In this document: positions 35,890 through 44,850 of the stretch, piece after piece
Layout: each line of letters begins with the position of its first letter
Numbering within the stretch: the stretch's first letter is position 1
Origin: a virus
Length of the DNA stretch: 64,000 bases
IMG/VR virus record: IMGVR_UViG_3300013114_000583
Coordinates: 75,835 to 139,834 of that record
Direction: 5' to 3' (one strand)
The notes under the pieces: generated by a model
What the model was told of the DNA's origin: nothing
Databases searched by the model: none
The model's input: only the letters and a program-made list of their open reading frames with translations
Translations under genes and position numbers: made by a program

Positions 35890-37953
35890 TTAACCCAAGA
35901 GGTCCTGAACAACGACAATGCCGTACAAATCAGGACGAACCATCTTCTTCGCATAACGGGTCATGACACCTTTACGCGGCACGAAGTCTTCCGTGCCGAA
36001 GATAGTGGGAGTGGTCTGTAGTGGTACATATGGGGCGTACACAAAACCGCTCTCAAGGAAGGAACTTCCCTTGCGACCAATCAAAATCACATTACGCAAG
36101 AAGTAAGGATCGACGTAAACGTCAAATTTCTTGCTGAGCGATCCGACATTAACTGCACCGATCTGGCCCTTCTCCTGATCATGGGTTGCACGAGCGCGAA
36201 ATCCGCTTGTGAACTCAAGAATGTTTGCAATCTCGGGAGAGCAAACAACGAAGTTAGCGCCGCCTCGGAGTGTCTTTCTGTGGATCTGAGCACTCACGTC
36301 GTTGATCGTTTCAATGAGTGTCTCATACCACTCAGAAACGGTACCCGTGAAGTCAGGTCCAGCCGTCCCATTAACAGTAAGGTCTGTGCCCGCTACGCGG
36401 TCAAGGAACTTACCAGGGTGACGACTCCAATGCATCGTCTGGGCCGTCGCGCCTCTAACAAGGTCACCAAGGATCTCCTGGTCGATTTCGAGAGCAATCT
36501 GCTCCGAAAGGATTCCGGTGAGCTCAACCTCAGCATCCAAGTTGTGATAAGCATTGAGATCCTGAGCGAGCTCTGGAGTCCACTTAGCCTTCAGCTTCTT
36601 GGTCTGTGCGGTCACTGCGACACTGTCGACCTTAATGTCGATCTCGGGGATGACATTCTTGCCGGCCTCTCCTTGGCCACTTCCGCGCTTGCCGGTACCA
36701 GGTGATGGCTCTTCAAGGCCCCACTGGTCAACACCAACGAGAGAACCAAGTCCGACACCGTCCTTAAGGCTATCCTTAATGGGCGCAGCAAGCTCAAGAG
36801 AAACCTGCGAATCGTCCCTAAAGATGGCTTCCAGAAGAGCTTTCTTTTCTGCGGCAGTCATATCCCCCATAATCGGAGTACCAGCCTTCTCCAAGGCTTC
36901 GACTTCGCCCATGGTATCGGTCTTGAGGGTGGTCAGCGTCTTATCACCGGTGTTATTAACCGACTGTAAGGCAAAGACAAGTTGCGAAATACCGTTAACC
37001 TGTCTAAGGCCATTATCAGTTGTCAAGTCAAATCGAGTATGCCTTCTCACCAATCGCACGCGGACGACGAGATCGTCGTCGTTGTCGGACTGGTGGGCAT
37101 GCGCTGCAGCGGCGATGTCGTTTCCGCCGTTAAGGACAAGGACAAGATCTCCGTTTTTTGGATCATGATGTGTTCCCCAAGTGGAGGTGTCTTCGACACC
37201 CACGTTACCCGGGAATGCGCCATCGCCGTTGGCTTTGGCAATCTCGACAGCCTGGGGCATGCCTGCATCAATTTGGGAGACGATCGTTGCGATCTCGTCG
37301 GTACCAGCAGCTGTGCGTGCGGCAATGTTATCTGTTCCTGCAACGGTCACGACAAGGCAACCAACGCCCTTTAAATCCGCATCAAAGTCAAGAACTGCAG
37401 CTGCGCCGCCATCTCCGTAACCAGCGATAGAAACGCCGTCGGATCCGACGTCACAATTTTGGATGATGGAAGCTGTTGCTGCGGTATAACCAGTGGATAA
37501 GTTATAAAACCCACCCTGATCATCACGACCAGAGAGGCTAATACCACCAGTCAATTCGCTAGCAACGCGTCCACCGCCATACAGCGATTCGCCTGCGGCT
37601 CCTTGACGACCTCCATCGGCTTTTGTAAAGTCGAGGAAGAAAATGAGTCCCGATGGGAGGCTCATTGGTTGAACTGAAACAAGTTCATTTGCGATCAATC
37701 CGCCGAATACACGACGAACTATCGGGAAAGCAACTGCAGCGAAGCCTTCGACATCACCTGCAGCCATCGAGGAAGCTTCACGAAGAAGTTCCTTGGCCTG
37801 ATTCTCTAAGAGAACGGCCATATTCTGTCGGGTTCGATCATCGCCAATACCTTCAAGAAGTCCGGTCTTTTCCCACTTGGTAAGAATAGCCTGGCCTTCT
37901 CGGCCGACATCGCGATGAACGATACCTTCAGTAAGTTTTTCTAAAACTGACAT
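35890..37953 (-). CDS. Major capsid protein, T4 gp23-like, with a large central insertion
   Basis: 'LLENQ', 'PIVRR..LIANELVSVQPM..PSGLIF', 'TKKLKAKWTPELAQDL..H.LDAEVEL..EIDQEI', 'YAPYVPL', 'GVMTRY'. Confidence 0.96.
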   Translation of the reverse strand: MSVLEKLTEGIVHRDVGREGQAILTKWEKTGLLEGIGDDRTRQNMAVLLENQAKELLREASSMAAGDVEGFAAVAFPIVRRVFGGLIANELVSVQPMSLPSGLIFFLDFTKADGGRQGAAGESLYGGGRVASELTGGISLSGRDDQGGFYNLSTGYTAATASIIQNCDVGSDGVSIAGYGDGGAAAVLDFDADLKGVGCLVVTVAGTDNIAARTAAGTDEIATIVSQIDAGMPQAVEIAKANGDGAFPGNVGVEDTSTWGTHHDPKNGDLVLVLNGGNDIAAAAHAHQSDNDDDLVVRVRLVRRHTRFDLTTDNGLRQVNGISQLVFALQSVNNTGDKTLTTLKTDTMGEVEALEKAGTPIMGDMTAAEKKALLEAIFRDDSQVSLELAAPIKDSLKDGVGLGSLVGVDQWGLEEPSPGTGKRGSGQGEAGKNVIPEIDIKVDSVAVTAQTKKLKAKWTPELAQDLNAYHNLDAEVELTGILSEQIALEIDQEILGDLVRGATAQTMHWSRHPGKFLDRVAGTDLTVNGTAGPDFTGTVSEWYETLIETINDVSAQIHRKTLRGGANFVVCSPEIANILEFTSGFRARATHDQEKGQIGAVNVGSLSKKFDVYVDPYFLRNVILIGRKGSSFLESGFVYAPYVPLQTTPTIFGTEDFVPRKGVMTRYAKKMVRPDLYGIVVVQDLLG

Positions 37954-37968
37954 AATTTTGTATCTCCT

Positions 37969-39171
37969 TTAATTGTTAGTTTTTAATCCTGCTAATTTTT
38001 GCATTCTTTCGAAAAATGGACTTTGAGTCTCAATTTTTCTATTGTTTTGCCTTGCGGCTAGTAATAAGGAAGATCGATGTGTAACAGATTCACTCAATGA
38101 TTCCGGCATGCGTTCTTTTCGAATGCTTCCCACCGAGTTTCGAAGTGTTTCAAATATAACCTTCGCTTCTTTAACAGAATCAGCTCTTATAATCGCTTCG
38201 ACAATTTGTTTCTTTTGTCGCTCATTCAAGGAGACACTTTCTAGAGTCTGATTAATATACAGTAATTTCGCATTTGATATATTCACCTCTTCAAGCTTTT
38301 CATGAAGGGTATTTGCAATATCGCGTAATTTTCTATTCTCTTCTAAAACCTCTTTTGCATTGTCTTTCAACAATTTGTTTTCTTTTTGTAATTTCTTTTT
38401 TAATTTGGCAATTTTTTCAAGATCTTCTGCAATTTCAGTATCGTGCAAAAGAGCCAGCGCCATATCTTCGTAATCTTCTAACTGTGATTGTGGCGTATCT
38501 TCCCAGCCTGATTTAACTGGCCGGGCGTTTATCTTCACTGATTCAGCCATGCCGCCTTGTTCCATGCCAGCCAATTTCATTAATATTTGTGCCACTTCCT
38601 CATCAGAAGTATCATCGAGCGGCTTTTTTTCCGGCGGAATGTCAGTGTCCTGAATTCCTGTGCCACCAATATCTTTCGTGGTGGTGGGTGAAATATCAGC
38701 GGGGGCATCTACCGAATCTGTTTGCTGAGCCGGTGCTGATGCGGTCGGGACTGGGAGTTCTTCGGAATCCGCAGCCGGCACCACAACGTCTTCTTCCTCA
38801 GCAAATAAAGAGCTTATTTCTCTCATCAAATCTTCTTCTGTGTATTGAGCAGAAACATCAATATCCCCAGTTATTATTTTTTTATCTTCATGTAAAGAAA
38901 GAGCTTCGTTAATATGCGAATCTAATTCATCTAAGTCTATGATTATTGAATCATCTTCTGTGGATGAAAAAGCATCAGGAAGCCTCTTTGCCACTTTATG
39001 CAGCTCTTCCTCTTCCTCTTCGAGTGCAGGGTCTTCCTGTTCCAAAAGGGTACTCATGGTTGACTTGACTTCCTGGGAATATTTTTCTATTATTAAATTT
39101 TCGGCGTTTTTCAACGCAGCTTCTTTGAGCGCGGTGGCGTCAACAATAGCTTCTTCTAAAAGAGATGACAT
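37969..39171 (-). CDS. Prohead scaffold protein (gp22-like)
   Basis: Acidic/coiled-coil protein directly upstream of the capsid gene; 'EVNISNAKLLY', ends 'RMQKLAGL'. Confidence 0.75.
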   Translation of the reverse strand: MSSLLEEAIVDATALKEAALKNAENLIIEKYSQEVKSTMSTLLEQEDPALEEEEEELHKVAKRLPDAFSSTEDDSIIIDLDELDSHINEALSLHEDKKIITGDIDVSAQYTEEDLMREISSLFAEEEDVVVPAADSEELPVPTASAPAQQTDSVDAPADISPTTTKDIGGTGIQDTDIPPEKKPLDDTSDEEVAQILMKLAGMEQGGMAESVKINARPVKSGWEDTPQSQLEDYEDMALALLHDTEIAEDLEKIAKLKKKLQKENKLLKDNAKEVLEENRKLRDIANTLHEKLEEVNISNAKLLYINQTLESVSLNERQKKQIVEAIIRADSVKEAKVIFETLRNSVGSIRKERMPESLSESVTHRSSLLLAARQNNRKIETQSPFFERMQKLAGLKTNN

Positions 39172-39207
39172 TTAGATGCTCCTATACATACACATAAAGG
39201 TTCACTA

Positions 39208-39215
39208 ATAAATAG
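39208..39215 (-). promoter_or_regulatory. Putative late promoter motif CTATTTAT
   Basis: Intergenic, upstream of the scaffold-capsid genes. Confidence 0.55.
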
Positions 39216-39257
39216 TTACATTTTTCTAAAAAAGATTGGTTTTTAGTTTTACACATA

Positions 39258-39710
39258 CTAGGGAACCGGTGTTAGAGTCCCGTCACCCTTTAGTCGAGGA
39301 TATTTATCATAGGCTGGACCCTTAATACCCGTCAATGTGGCGATGATATTGCAAACAAGGCCGGCTTCGACCTGGACACGGATTCCTTTTGCTCTTACCG
39401 GCAAGGTCATTGTCATTCCAGGATAAACGTGAAAAGGATTTGTTTGTGCATCAGAATCAAAGCTAAAGATGCACTTATTTACTTCCGTACCGTCAGGGTC
39501 GGCCGCGGCGGTGCGCGCCCCATCAACATGATGAACTGCTATTGTTATGTCCCTACTCAATGAATCGAATGTTTTAAAAGCATCCGCCGCGGCACCAACG
39601 ATATTATAAACCTGGGGTATGCCTGATATAATATACATCCCTGTAGAATTGACACCAGGCGTATGTTGCCTCATGAAAGTCGTGCTACCTGTTAAAAATT
39701 GTCCTGCCAT
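39258..39710 (-). CDS. Hypothetical protein, possibly a virion beta-rich protein
   Basis: 150-aa ORF coupled to the bS21 stop (TGATG overlap). Confidence 0.6.
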   Translation of the reverse strand: MAGQFLTGSTTFMRQHTPGVNSTGMYIISGIPQVYNIVGAAADAFKTFDSLSRDITIAVHHVDGARTAAADPDGTEVNKCIFSFDSDAQTNPFHVYPGMTMTLPVRAKGIRVQVEAGLVCNIIATLTGIKGPAYDKYPRLKGDGTLTPVP

Positions 39711-39943
39711 CAGTTATACCTCTTTACTTTTTCTTTTAATTTGTTTGTGTGCTCGCGAGCTTTTCTCAGTTTTTCTTTCTTTTTCATGCGTTTCTTTACG
39801 CTCTTTTTAGTGAAGCGCTGTCTCTCTCTAACTAGTTCTAAAATGCCAGATTTCTTCACTTTCTTCTTGAATTTTCGAATCATGACCTCAGGTGGGCCAT
39901 CTCTCTGTGTCACTTCTACATTCACTGGTGTTCTTCTGCCCAT
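39710..39943 (-). CDS. rpsU: Phage-encoded ribosomal protein bS21
   Basis: 77-aa highly basic protein; 'VEV..PEVMIRKFKKKVKKSGILELVRERQRFTKKSVKKRMKK' aligns by eye with the bS21 consensus (ALRRFK..G.L.E.R.R.yeKPS.kRk.K). Confidence 0.75.
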   Translation of the reverse strand: MGRRTPVNVEVTQRDGPPEVMIRKFKKKVKKSGILELVRERQRFTKKSVKKRMKKKEKLRKAREHTNKLKEKVKRYN

Positions 39944-39952
39944 AATTCTCCT

Positions 39953-40369
39953 TTACATCAACCTCTTCCACACTTTGTCCACACCTGGAATCAATTTAGT
40001 TATGTCCACGCCTGAATCAGATGGGTCAACGCCTGCCAACGGAGAAGAAGGCACCTCAGGCGATCCCGGGGTGCCTGCAGACTTCAGTGGACGAGTACCT
40101 TCAAACAAATCCATCCCCCCATAGGCGTCCGACCCCACAGCATCAAGCATTCGACGTTTTGTTTCTTTTAACTTCCTGTTTTCAGCTGCGACCAGCTCTT
40201 CCGGATCCCGGGGCGGCCTAGAAGGGCCTGCGATAACCTGCTTGTCAGACAGGCCACCTACCACTTCTTTTATGATTTTTTTCAAGGCGCCTTCTTCGAA
40301 AATAACCTCTTTGACACACTCTTTAACAAGCGGCTTCAAGGCAGCCAGTAACTCTTTTTTATTCATCAT
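39953..40369 (-). CDS. Hypothetical head-associated protein
   Basis: 138-aa ORF; N-terminal 'LKPLVKECVKEVIFEE' motif; within the head gene cluster. Confidence 0.65.
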   Translation of the reverse strand: MMNKKELLAALKPLVKECVKEVIFEEGALKKIIKEVVGGLSDKQVIAGPSRPPRDPEELVAAENRKLKETKRRMLDAVGSDAYGGMDLFEGTRPLKSAGTPGSPEVPSSPLAGVDPSDSGVDITKLIPGVDKVWKRLM

Positions 40370-40961
40370 TTTCTCTTATTACTTCGTTTAAAGCTCGGTT
40401 TATTCGGTCTCTTCGACCGAGGGGATCGCGATCTTTAGCTTCAGACACCATAAAAGCATTTGGAGTTGAGGGCTCAGAAACCATGTCAAAACATATTAAC
40501 TGATAATCATCTTGGACATACTTTTTCCCAGCTTTTTCTTTCAAAGAGCCTAAACCACGAGAAGAAATTCCTAATTTAACGCCCGCTGAGATCAAATCTT
40601 TCAATATTCGGCCCGAGGGCGTGTCAAGTACCTCAATTTTGCCATATACCTTTTGTCCATCATTCCATATATCCACAACCAGGTGGGACGCGTTTTTCAA
40701 ATTAATAACCGAATCATCCGGGTGATCTAACTCACCCAGGGCACGTCGTTCCGTGACTGCTTTTTTGTAATTTTCAATCTCTTTCATCAAAACTTCAGGT
40801 GGGTAAACCCTCTGATTGCCATTTTCAACATTTGCCTCTTGCATAAGTCCAGAAAGATACACTGCCCCTTCTTCGCGGACCTTCCGCTTTTCCTCTTCAG
40901 TCAAGAGGTCTTGGCAAATGCCACCTTCACATAACTCATAAAATTCTCTCAATAATTTCAT
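40359..40961 (-). CDS. Prohead core protease (gp21-like)
   Basis: 'NGNQRVYP', 'GELDHP', 'NASH', 'TPSG', catalytic 'GISSRGLGS', 'FDMVSEPSTPNA'. Confidence 0.93.
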   Translation of the reverse strand: MKLLREFYELCEGGICQDLLTEEEKRKVREEGAVYLSGLMQEANVENGNQRVYPPEVLMKEIENYKKAVTERRALGELDHPDDSVINLKNASHLVVDIWNDGQKVYGKIEVLDTPSGRILKDLISAGVKLGISSRGLGSLKEKAGKKYVQDDYQLICFDMVSEPSTPNAFMVSEAKDRDPLGRRDRINRALNEVIRENDE

Positions 40962-40970
40962 TTTTATACC

Positions 40971-41051
40971 TCAAAGTGCGGCCGCTAGCCGCACGATACT
41001 GCAGCCTGATTTACAACGTCTCACAGGTCTGAGAAATCTTTTGCGCTTCAT
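40971..41051 (-). CDS. Small basic Cys-containing peptide (26 aa, MKRKRFLRPVRRCKSGCSIVRLAAAL)
   Basis: Below the ORF-track cut-off; strong SD AAAGGAG; its TGA stop overlaps the protease SD (TGAGGT). Confidence 0.45.
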   Translation of the reverse strand: MKRKRFLRPVRRCKSGCSIVRLAAAL

Positions 41052-41352
41052 CGTTATTACTCCTTTCTACCCTGATGCCATTATCATCTATTATTACACT
41101 AAAAACATAACTTATTCCAGATGCAGCCGAACCTAAAAACAGGCCTGTAAATAAAGAATAATCATAATTAAATAGTGTTGTCCAGGTGTTTGCCAACCAC
41201 AAAAGTATGCCCACCCAAAATCCAGTACACATGCTACAGGAGAACAAAGTACCAAACCAACCAGTTTTTGGTCTTATGTGATCAAAAATTTTACCATAAA
41301 CTATTATCTGTGTCATGCCGCAAGATACAAGCATAAAATACAATAATTCCAT
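41011..41352 (-). CDS. Small membrane protein with CxxC (DUF1360-like)
   Basis: Hydrophobic segments and 'LFSCSMCTGFWVG'. Confidence 0.65.
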   Translation of the reverse strand: MELLYFMLVSCGMTQIIVYGKIFDHIRPKTGWFGTLFSCSMCTGFWVGILLWLANTWTTLFNYDYSLFTGLFLGSAASGISYVFSVIIDDNGIRVERSNNDEAQKISQTCETL

Positions 41353-41354
41353 AA

Positions 41355-42008
41355 TTATCCGTCTTTTTCTTCTCTTATTATTGAATAATTGTATTGATAT
41401 CCAAAAGGGCGCACGCGAGTGTCAATTGAGCCTTTATTGTCGGAATGCGGAACATCACCGAGATCTGTCGAGAAATCATCAGACGGATTCAGCAGGTGGT
41501 CTTCGCGATCATCATGATATTGACCAGACAAGTCATAATATGGTTTTTCTTTTTCCAGATATCTATACAAAGAATATATACAAGCCTGAACATTATCGAT
41601 CCCAGGAACCTTGGATTCTAACATTACATACTCCATAGATCCATATACGTTCCCGCTTCGGATTGTATTCGGATCTATCACACCTTTCTTTACCAAAAAC
41701 TTTCCTAAACGATCTTGAGCACCATAAACATCTTCATGTATTATATCTTTTGGGAAAGCCAAAAATTTGTTTTTTGATGGCATCAGAACAATATCGATGG
41801 AGTGATGGTCCATTATTAATATATTTCCATCAAGCGTGCGCCTAGCAACAAGTTCAATTTGTATTGGTGGGCGTTTGTTTATTCCCACAGAAACATCGCC
41901 GGGCCGCTGTACATCGATTCCAATATTTTGACCAGGAGCTATGGCTACCCTGACATTGCCATCTATTTGGGCTGCAACTTCTGGTTCAATTGAAATCTTA
42001 ACTGGCAT
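41355..42008 (-). CDS. Hypothetical protein
   Basis: 217-aa ORF overlapping its neighbours in the head cluster. Confidence 0.65.
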   Translation of the reverse strand: MPVKISIEPEVAAQIDGNVRVAIAPGQNIGIDVQRPGDVSVGINKRPPIQIELVARRTLDGNILIMDHHSIDIVLMPSKNKFLAFPKDIIHEDVYGAQDRLGKFLVKKGVIDPNTIRSGNVYGSMEYVMLESKVPGIDNVQACIYSLYRYLEKEKPYYDLSGQYHDDREDHLLNPSDDFSTDLGDVPHSDNKGSIDTRVRPFGYQYNYSIIREEKDG

Positions 42009-42834
42009 TTTCTGTCATCTCTTCTACTAAGTTTTGTATTTTCAAGACCTTTCTAACAGAAGATTCTGAAACTTGCTCTTCCTTAAAGGAAGAAATTATA
42101 TCTTCAACTTTTTTCAGCTTTGTCTTAAAATCTTCGTCTTCTTTGATAATATCACTATTATAACTATTTTTAATATCTTTTTTAAGCTTATCTAATTCTT
42201 CATTTATAAAAATTTTCAGCTCCAAGCCATTGTCGTTAAACGAAGAAATATACTTATTCAAAAGCATTCTTTGGCTTTCTGTTATTTTAGTCGCATATTT
42301 GTTATTAAATTTAGCAACAAAAGAATTATAAACAATATCATCAATATGATCCAAATTCATGTCTTTTAGGTCTTCTTCCGAAATCAAGCTGTTTTCAATT
42401 TTTTCCTCTAAAATTACTTTATCTTTCGGAGATAAGTCTAAATTAAAAATAGAATGTACAGAAGCAATGCTTTTATAATTTGGAACAAAAGATTTGAACA
42501 CTGACGCGCCAAGTGTTTTGTTAATAATTTTTATAAGAGCAGTCTGTTCATCAAATATTTTTCTTTTATCCAGCCTCTCATGAGCAATCTTTGACTCATA
42601 AATCAACTTACGAGCGTGTTCACGAGTTATAGAGCCGGATTCATATAACGGTTTATAAATACTAAGCTCTCTAAACAAAAAAGTATTTTTACTAAAGTGT
42701 TCTCTTATTATAGAGCCGACTTGTTTTATTTTAAATTTATTCTGTTTTATCAATGACTTTGTTAATTCTCGAACCAAAGCTTCATATAAAAATGCTGTAT
42801 TTCTTTTTTTATTGTGTCTAAGTCTCATCGTCAC
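41998..42834 (-). CDS. Hypothetical protein downstream of portal
   Basis: 278-aa ORF beginning 'MRLRHNKKRNTAFLYEAL'. Confidence 0.7.
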   Translation of the reverse strand: MTMRLRHNKKRNTAFLYEALVRELTKSLIKQNKFKIKQVGSIIREHFSKNTFLFRELSIYKPLYESGSITREHARKLIYESKIAHERLDKRKIFDEQTALIKIINKTLGASVFKSFVPNYKSIASVHSIFNLDLSPKDKVILEEKIENSLISEEDLKDMNLDHIDDIVYNSFVAKFNNKYATKITESQRMLLNKYISSFNDNGLELKIFINEELDKLKKDIKNSYNSDIIKEDEDFKTKLKKVEDIISSFKEEQVSESSVRKVLKIQNLVEEMTENAS

Positions 42835-44848
42835 CCCTCAAGTTTAAACTAGCTATTATTTGTTCTATCTCCTTTGACATACCAAGTATCTTTTTTTCTT
42901 CATTAAGAAAAGATTGTTCTTCCTCTACAACACCCCTTCCAAGTGATATGAGAGGACCTGCGCCTTTAAAGATGTTAGAAATATTCGATTTTGTTGTGGC
43001 TGAAGCGTAAGAGCCTTTTTTATTTTTGAGGCGGGGACCTGCGCCTTTTCTTTTATCATGTAAAACTGGTTCATACCACCCATGAGATTTACTAGTCGTC
43101 GTTTGTTTTTTACTCTTATGTCGGCGACTTGCTTTCCCCAGATCGTCTCTTTTACCAGGTTCAGCTAATAGATCACCCTCAGGAGGCGCTTCAGCTTCAG
43201 GCGCATCGACTTCTGTTTCAGGACCAGGTTCTCCAGCGGCATCTTCAGTTCCCGGAACAGTTTCTGCTCCGGTTGCACCCTCTGGGGATCCTTCTAGGTC
43301 GAAACCTGCGGCGCCTTCATCTGGCATGCCTAGATCGCCACCCATGTCGCCGCCCAAATCGCCGCCGGCGGCTGCTTGTTCTGATTCGGCGGCCTGTTCG
43401 AGCAGTGCATCGAATTTACGATCATAAAACATCTCTCTTTGATTTCTAACAATCTCTTCGTCCGTAAGCCCAAACATTCTCTTAGCAATCCACCTTTTGC
43501 TAAAGTATCCTTCGGTGGCGCCTCCGGCGACTTCAAATTTGCTTTTCCAGTGCTCAAGCTCTTGTAGTTCAGCCAATTTACTCGGATTATTAAGTGCCAC
43601 CTTAAAATTAACCAAGTCTTCATCACGAAAACCAAGAACATATAAATGCACAATCCCGACCTTTTCTAACTCTGTAATTACAGATCTTTGTAACCGCTGG
43701 ATGGTTCTTGCGAATCTAATATCCTTCTGTGCCAGTGTGGTTTTATCTTCACTCCCTTCTTCGGCTTGAGAGAGATAAGATTGCGGAACCTTAAGCGCAG
43801 AAAAAAGTTTATCTCTAAGATATTTAACGTCGTCGATATCGCCCGTATACTGGCCTCCGGCCAAAGTTTCTATTTTGGTATTGTTGGCGCCGCGGATTGG
43901 AACAAAATAGTCTTCATCGATCGACATAGGGTTATACCTAAGATCAACACGACCAGTGTCCGGATCTACAACTTGGTGTCTTTTCATTTGAGTCATGACC
44001 TTTTGCATATACTGCTCAATGTCTTGAGGTGGAATATTCCCAACATCAATATAAAAAACCCTTCTTTCAGGGGAACGAACAATCCTATATGCCATCATGG
44101 CATCTTCTAAAAGAGTTAATTGACGCCAAATTCTTCGGGCTGGTTCCAATATCGAGGTCCCATATGGGTGATATTTGTCATTCCCCAGGATCCTAAAGTG
44201 ACCAACCTGCCAATTTTCGAAAGTCATGCCTGCCGAATTCCACTGAAATTGTACATAGTTTGGATTTGTTTTGTCTTCTCCCTCCAGCCTCTCAAGCTCA
44301 GATGATGGCAAGCCAATTGCACTTTGGATGCCACGGGCCTCATCTATATCTAAATAAAGAAAAAAGTCTCCGTACTTACACATGGATCTGCACCAACCGA
44401 ACAAGTTATATTCAATATTCAATACGCTAAAATATAAGTTTTGTAAAATAGTCTTTATTTCTTCGTTCGAACATTCGACACTTAACAGGGGCTGCAGTCG
44501 AGAATGTGTGGTCATCTCGTCGGCGTAAATATCAAGAGAGGATGCAATTTCAGGAGTGTACTCCATTTGATCAAAATCGACGTATCTCTCCAAGCGCTGT
44601 TGGGACGCCATAACATTGGCTTGTAAATTAGAAAAAGGGTCATAAGCAGTTTTTTTAAACTGTTGGCCAGAGGCCGAAGTAAATCGGCTTGCAAATTTAT
44701 CTAAATCAACTCTTCTTATTCGTCGACCAGTTTGAGTCTTGTAATTTAACAGAGGCCCTGATAAAAGCCTAGTTAGCCTTTTAAATAAAAGGTTTTCTTG
44801 ATTTTTTGTATTATTGCCGCTATCGCTACTATTGTTTTGTTCTGCCAT
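42818..44848 (-). CDS. Portal protein (gp20-like)
   Basis: 'QLTLLEDAMMAYRIVRSPERRVFYIDVGNIP', 'EDYFVP', 'IETLAGG', 'DVKYL..KLFSALKVP', 'DIRFARTIQRLQ'. Confidence 0.95.
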   Translation of the reverse strand: MAEQNNSSDSGNNTKNQENLLFKRLTRLLSGPLLNYKTQTGRRIRRVDLDKFASRFTSASGQQFKKTAYDPFSNLQANVMASQQRLERYVDFDQMEYTPEIASSLDIYADEMTTHSRLQPLLSVECSNEEIKTILQNLYFSVLNIEYNLFGWCRSMCKYGDFFLYLDIDEARGIQSAIGLPSSELERLEGEDKTNPNYVQFQWNSAGMTFENWQVGHFRILGNDKYHPYGTSILEPARRIWRQLTLLEDAMMAYRIVRSPERRVFYIDVGNIPPQDIEQYMQKVMTQMKRHQVVDPDTGRVDLRYNPMSIDEDYFVPIRGANNTKIETLAGGQYTGDIDDVKYLRDKLFSALKVPQSYLSQAEEGSEDKTTLAQKDIRFARTIQRLQRSVITELEKVGIVHLYVLGFRDEDLVNFKVALNNPSKLAELQELEHWKSKFEVAGGATEGYFSKRWIAKRMFGLTDEEIVRNQREMFYDRKFDALLEQAAESEQAAAGGDLGGDMGGDLGMPDEGAAGFDLEGSPEGATGAETVPGTEDAAGEPGPETEVDAPEAEAPPEGDLLAEPGKRDDLGKASRRHKSKKQTTTSKSHGWYEPVLHDKRKGAGPRLKNKKGSYASATTKSNISNIFKGAGPLISLGRGVVEEEQSFLNEEKKILGMSKEIEQIIASLNLRGDDET

Positions 44849-44850
44849 TT

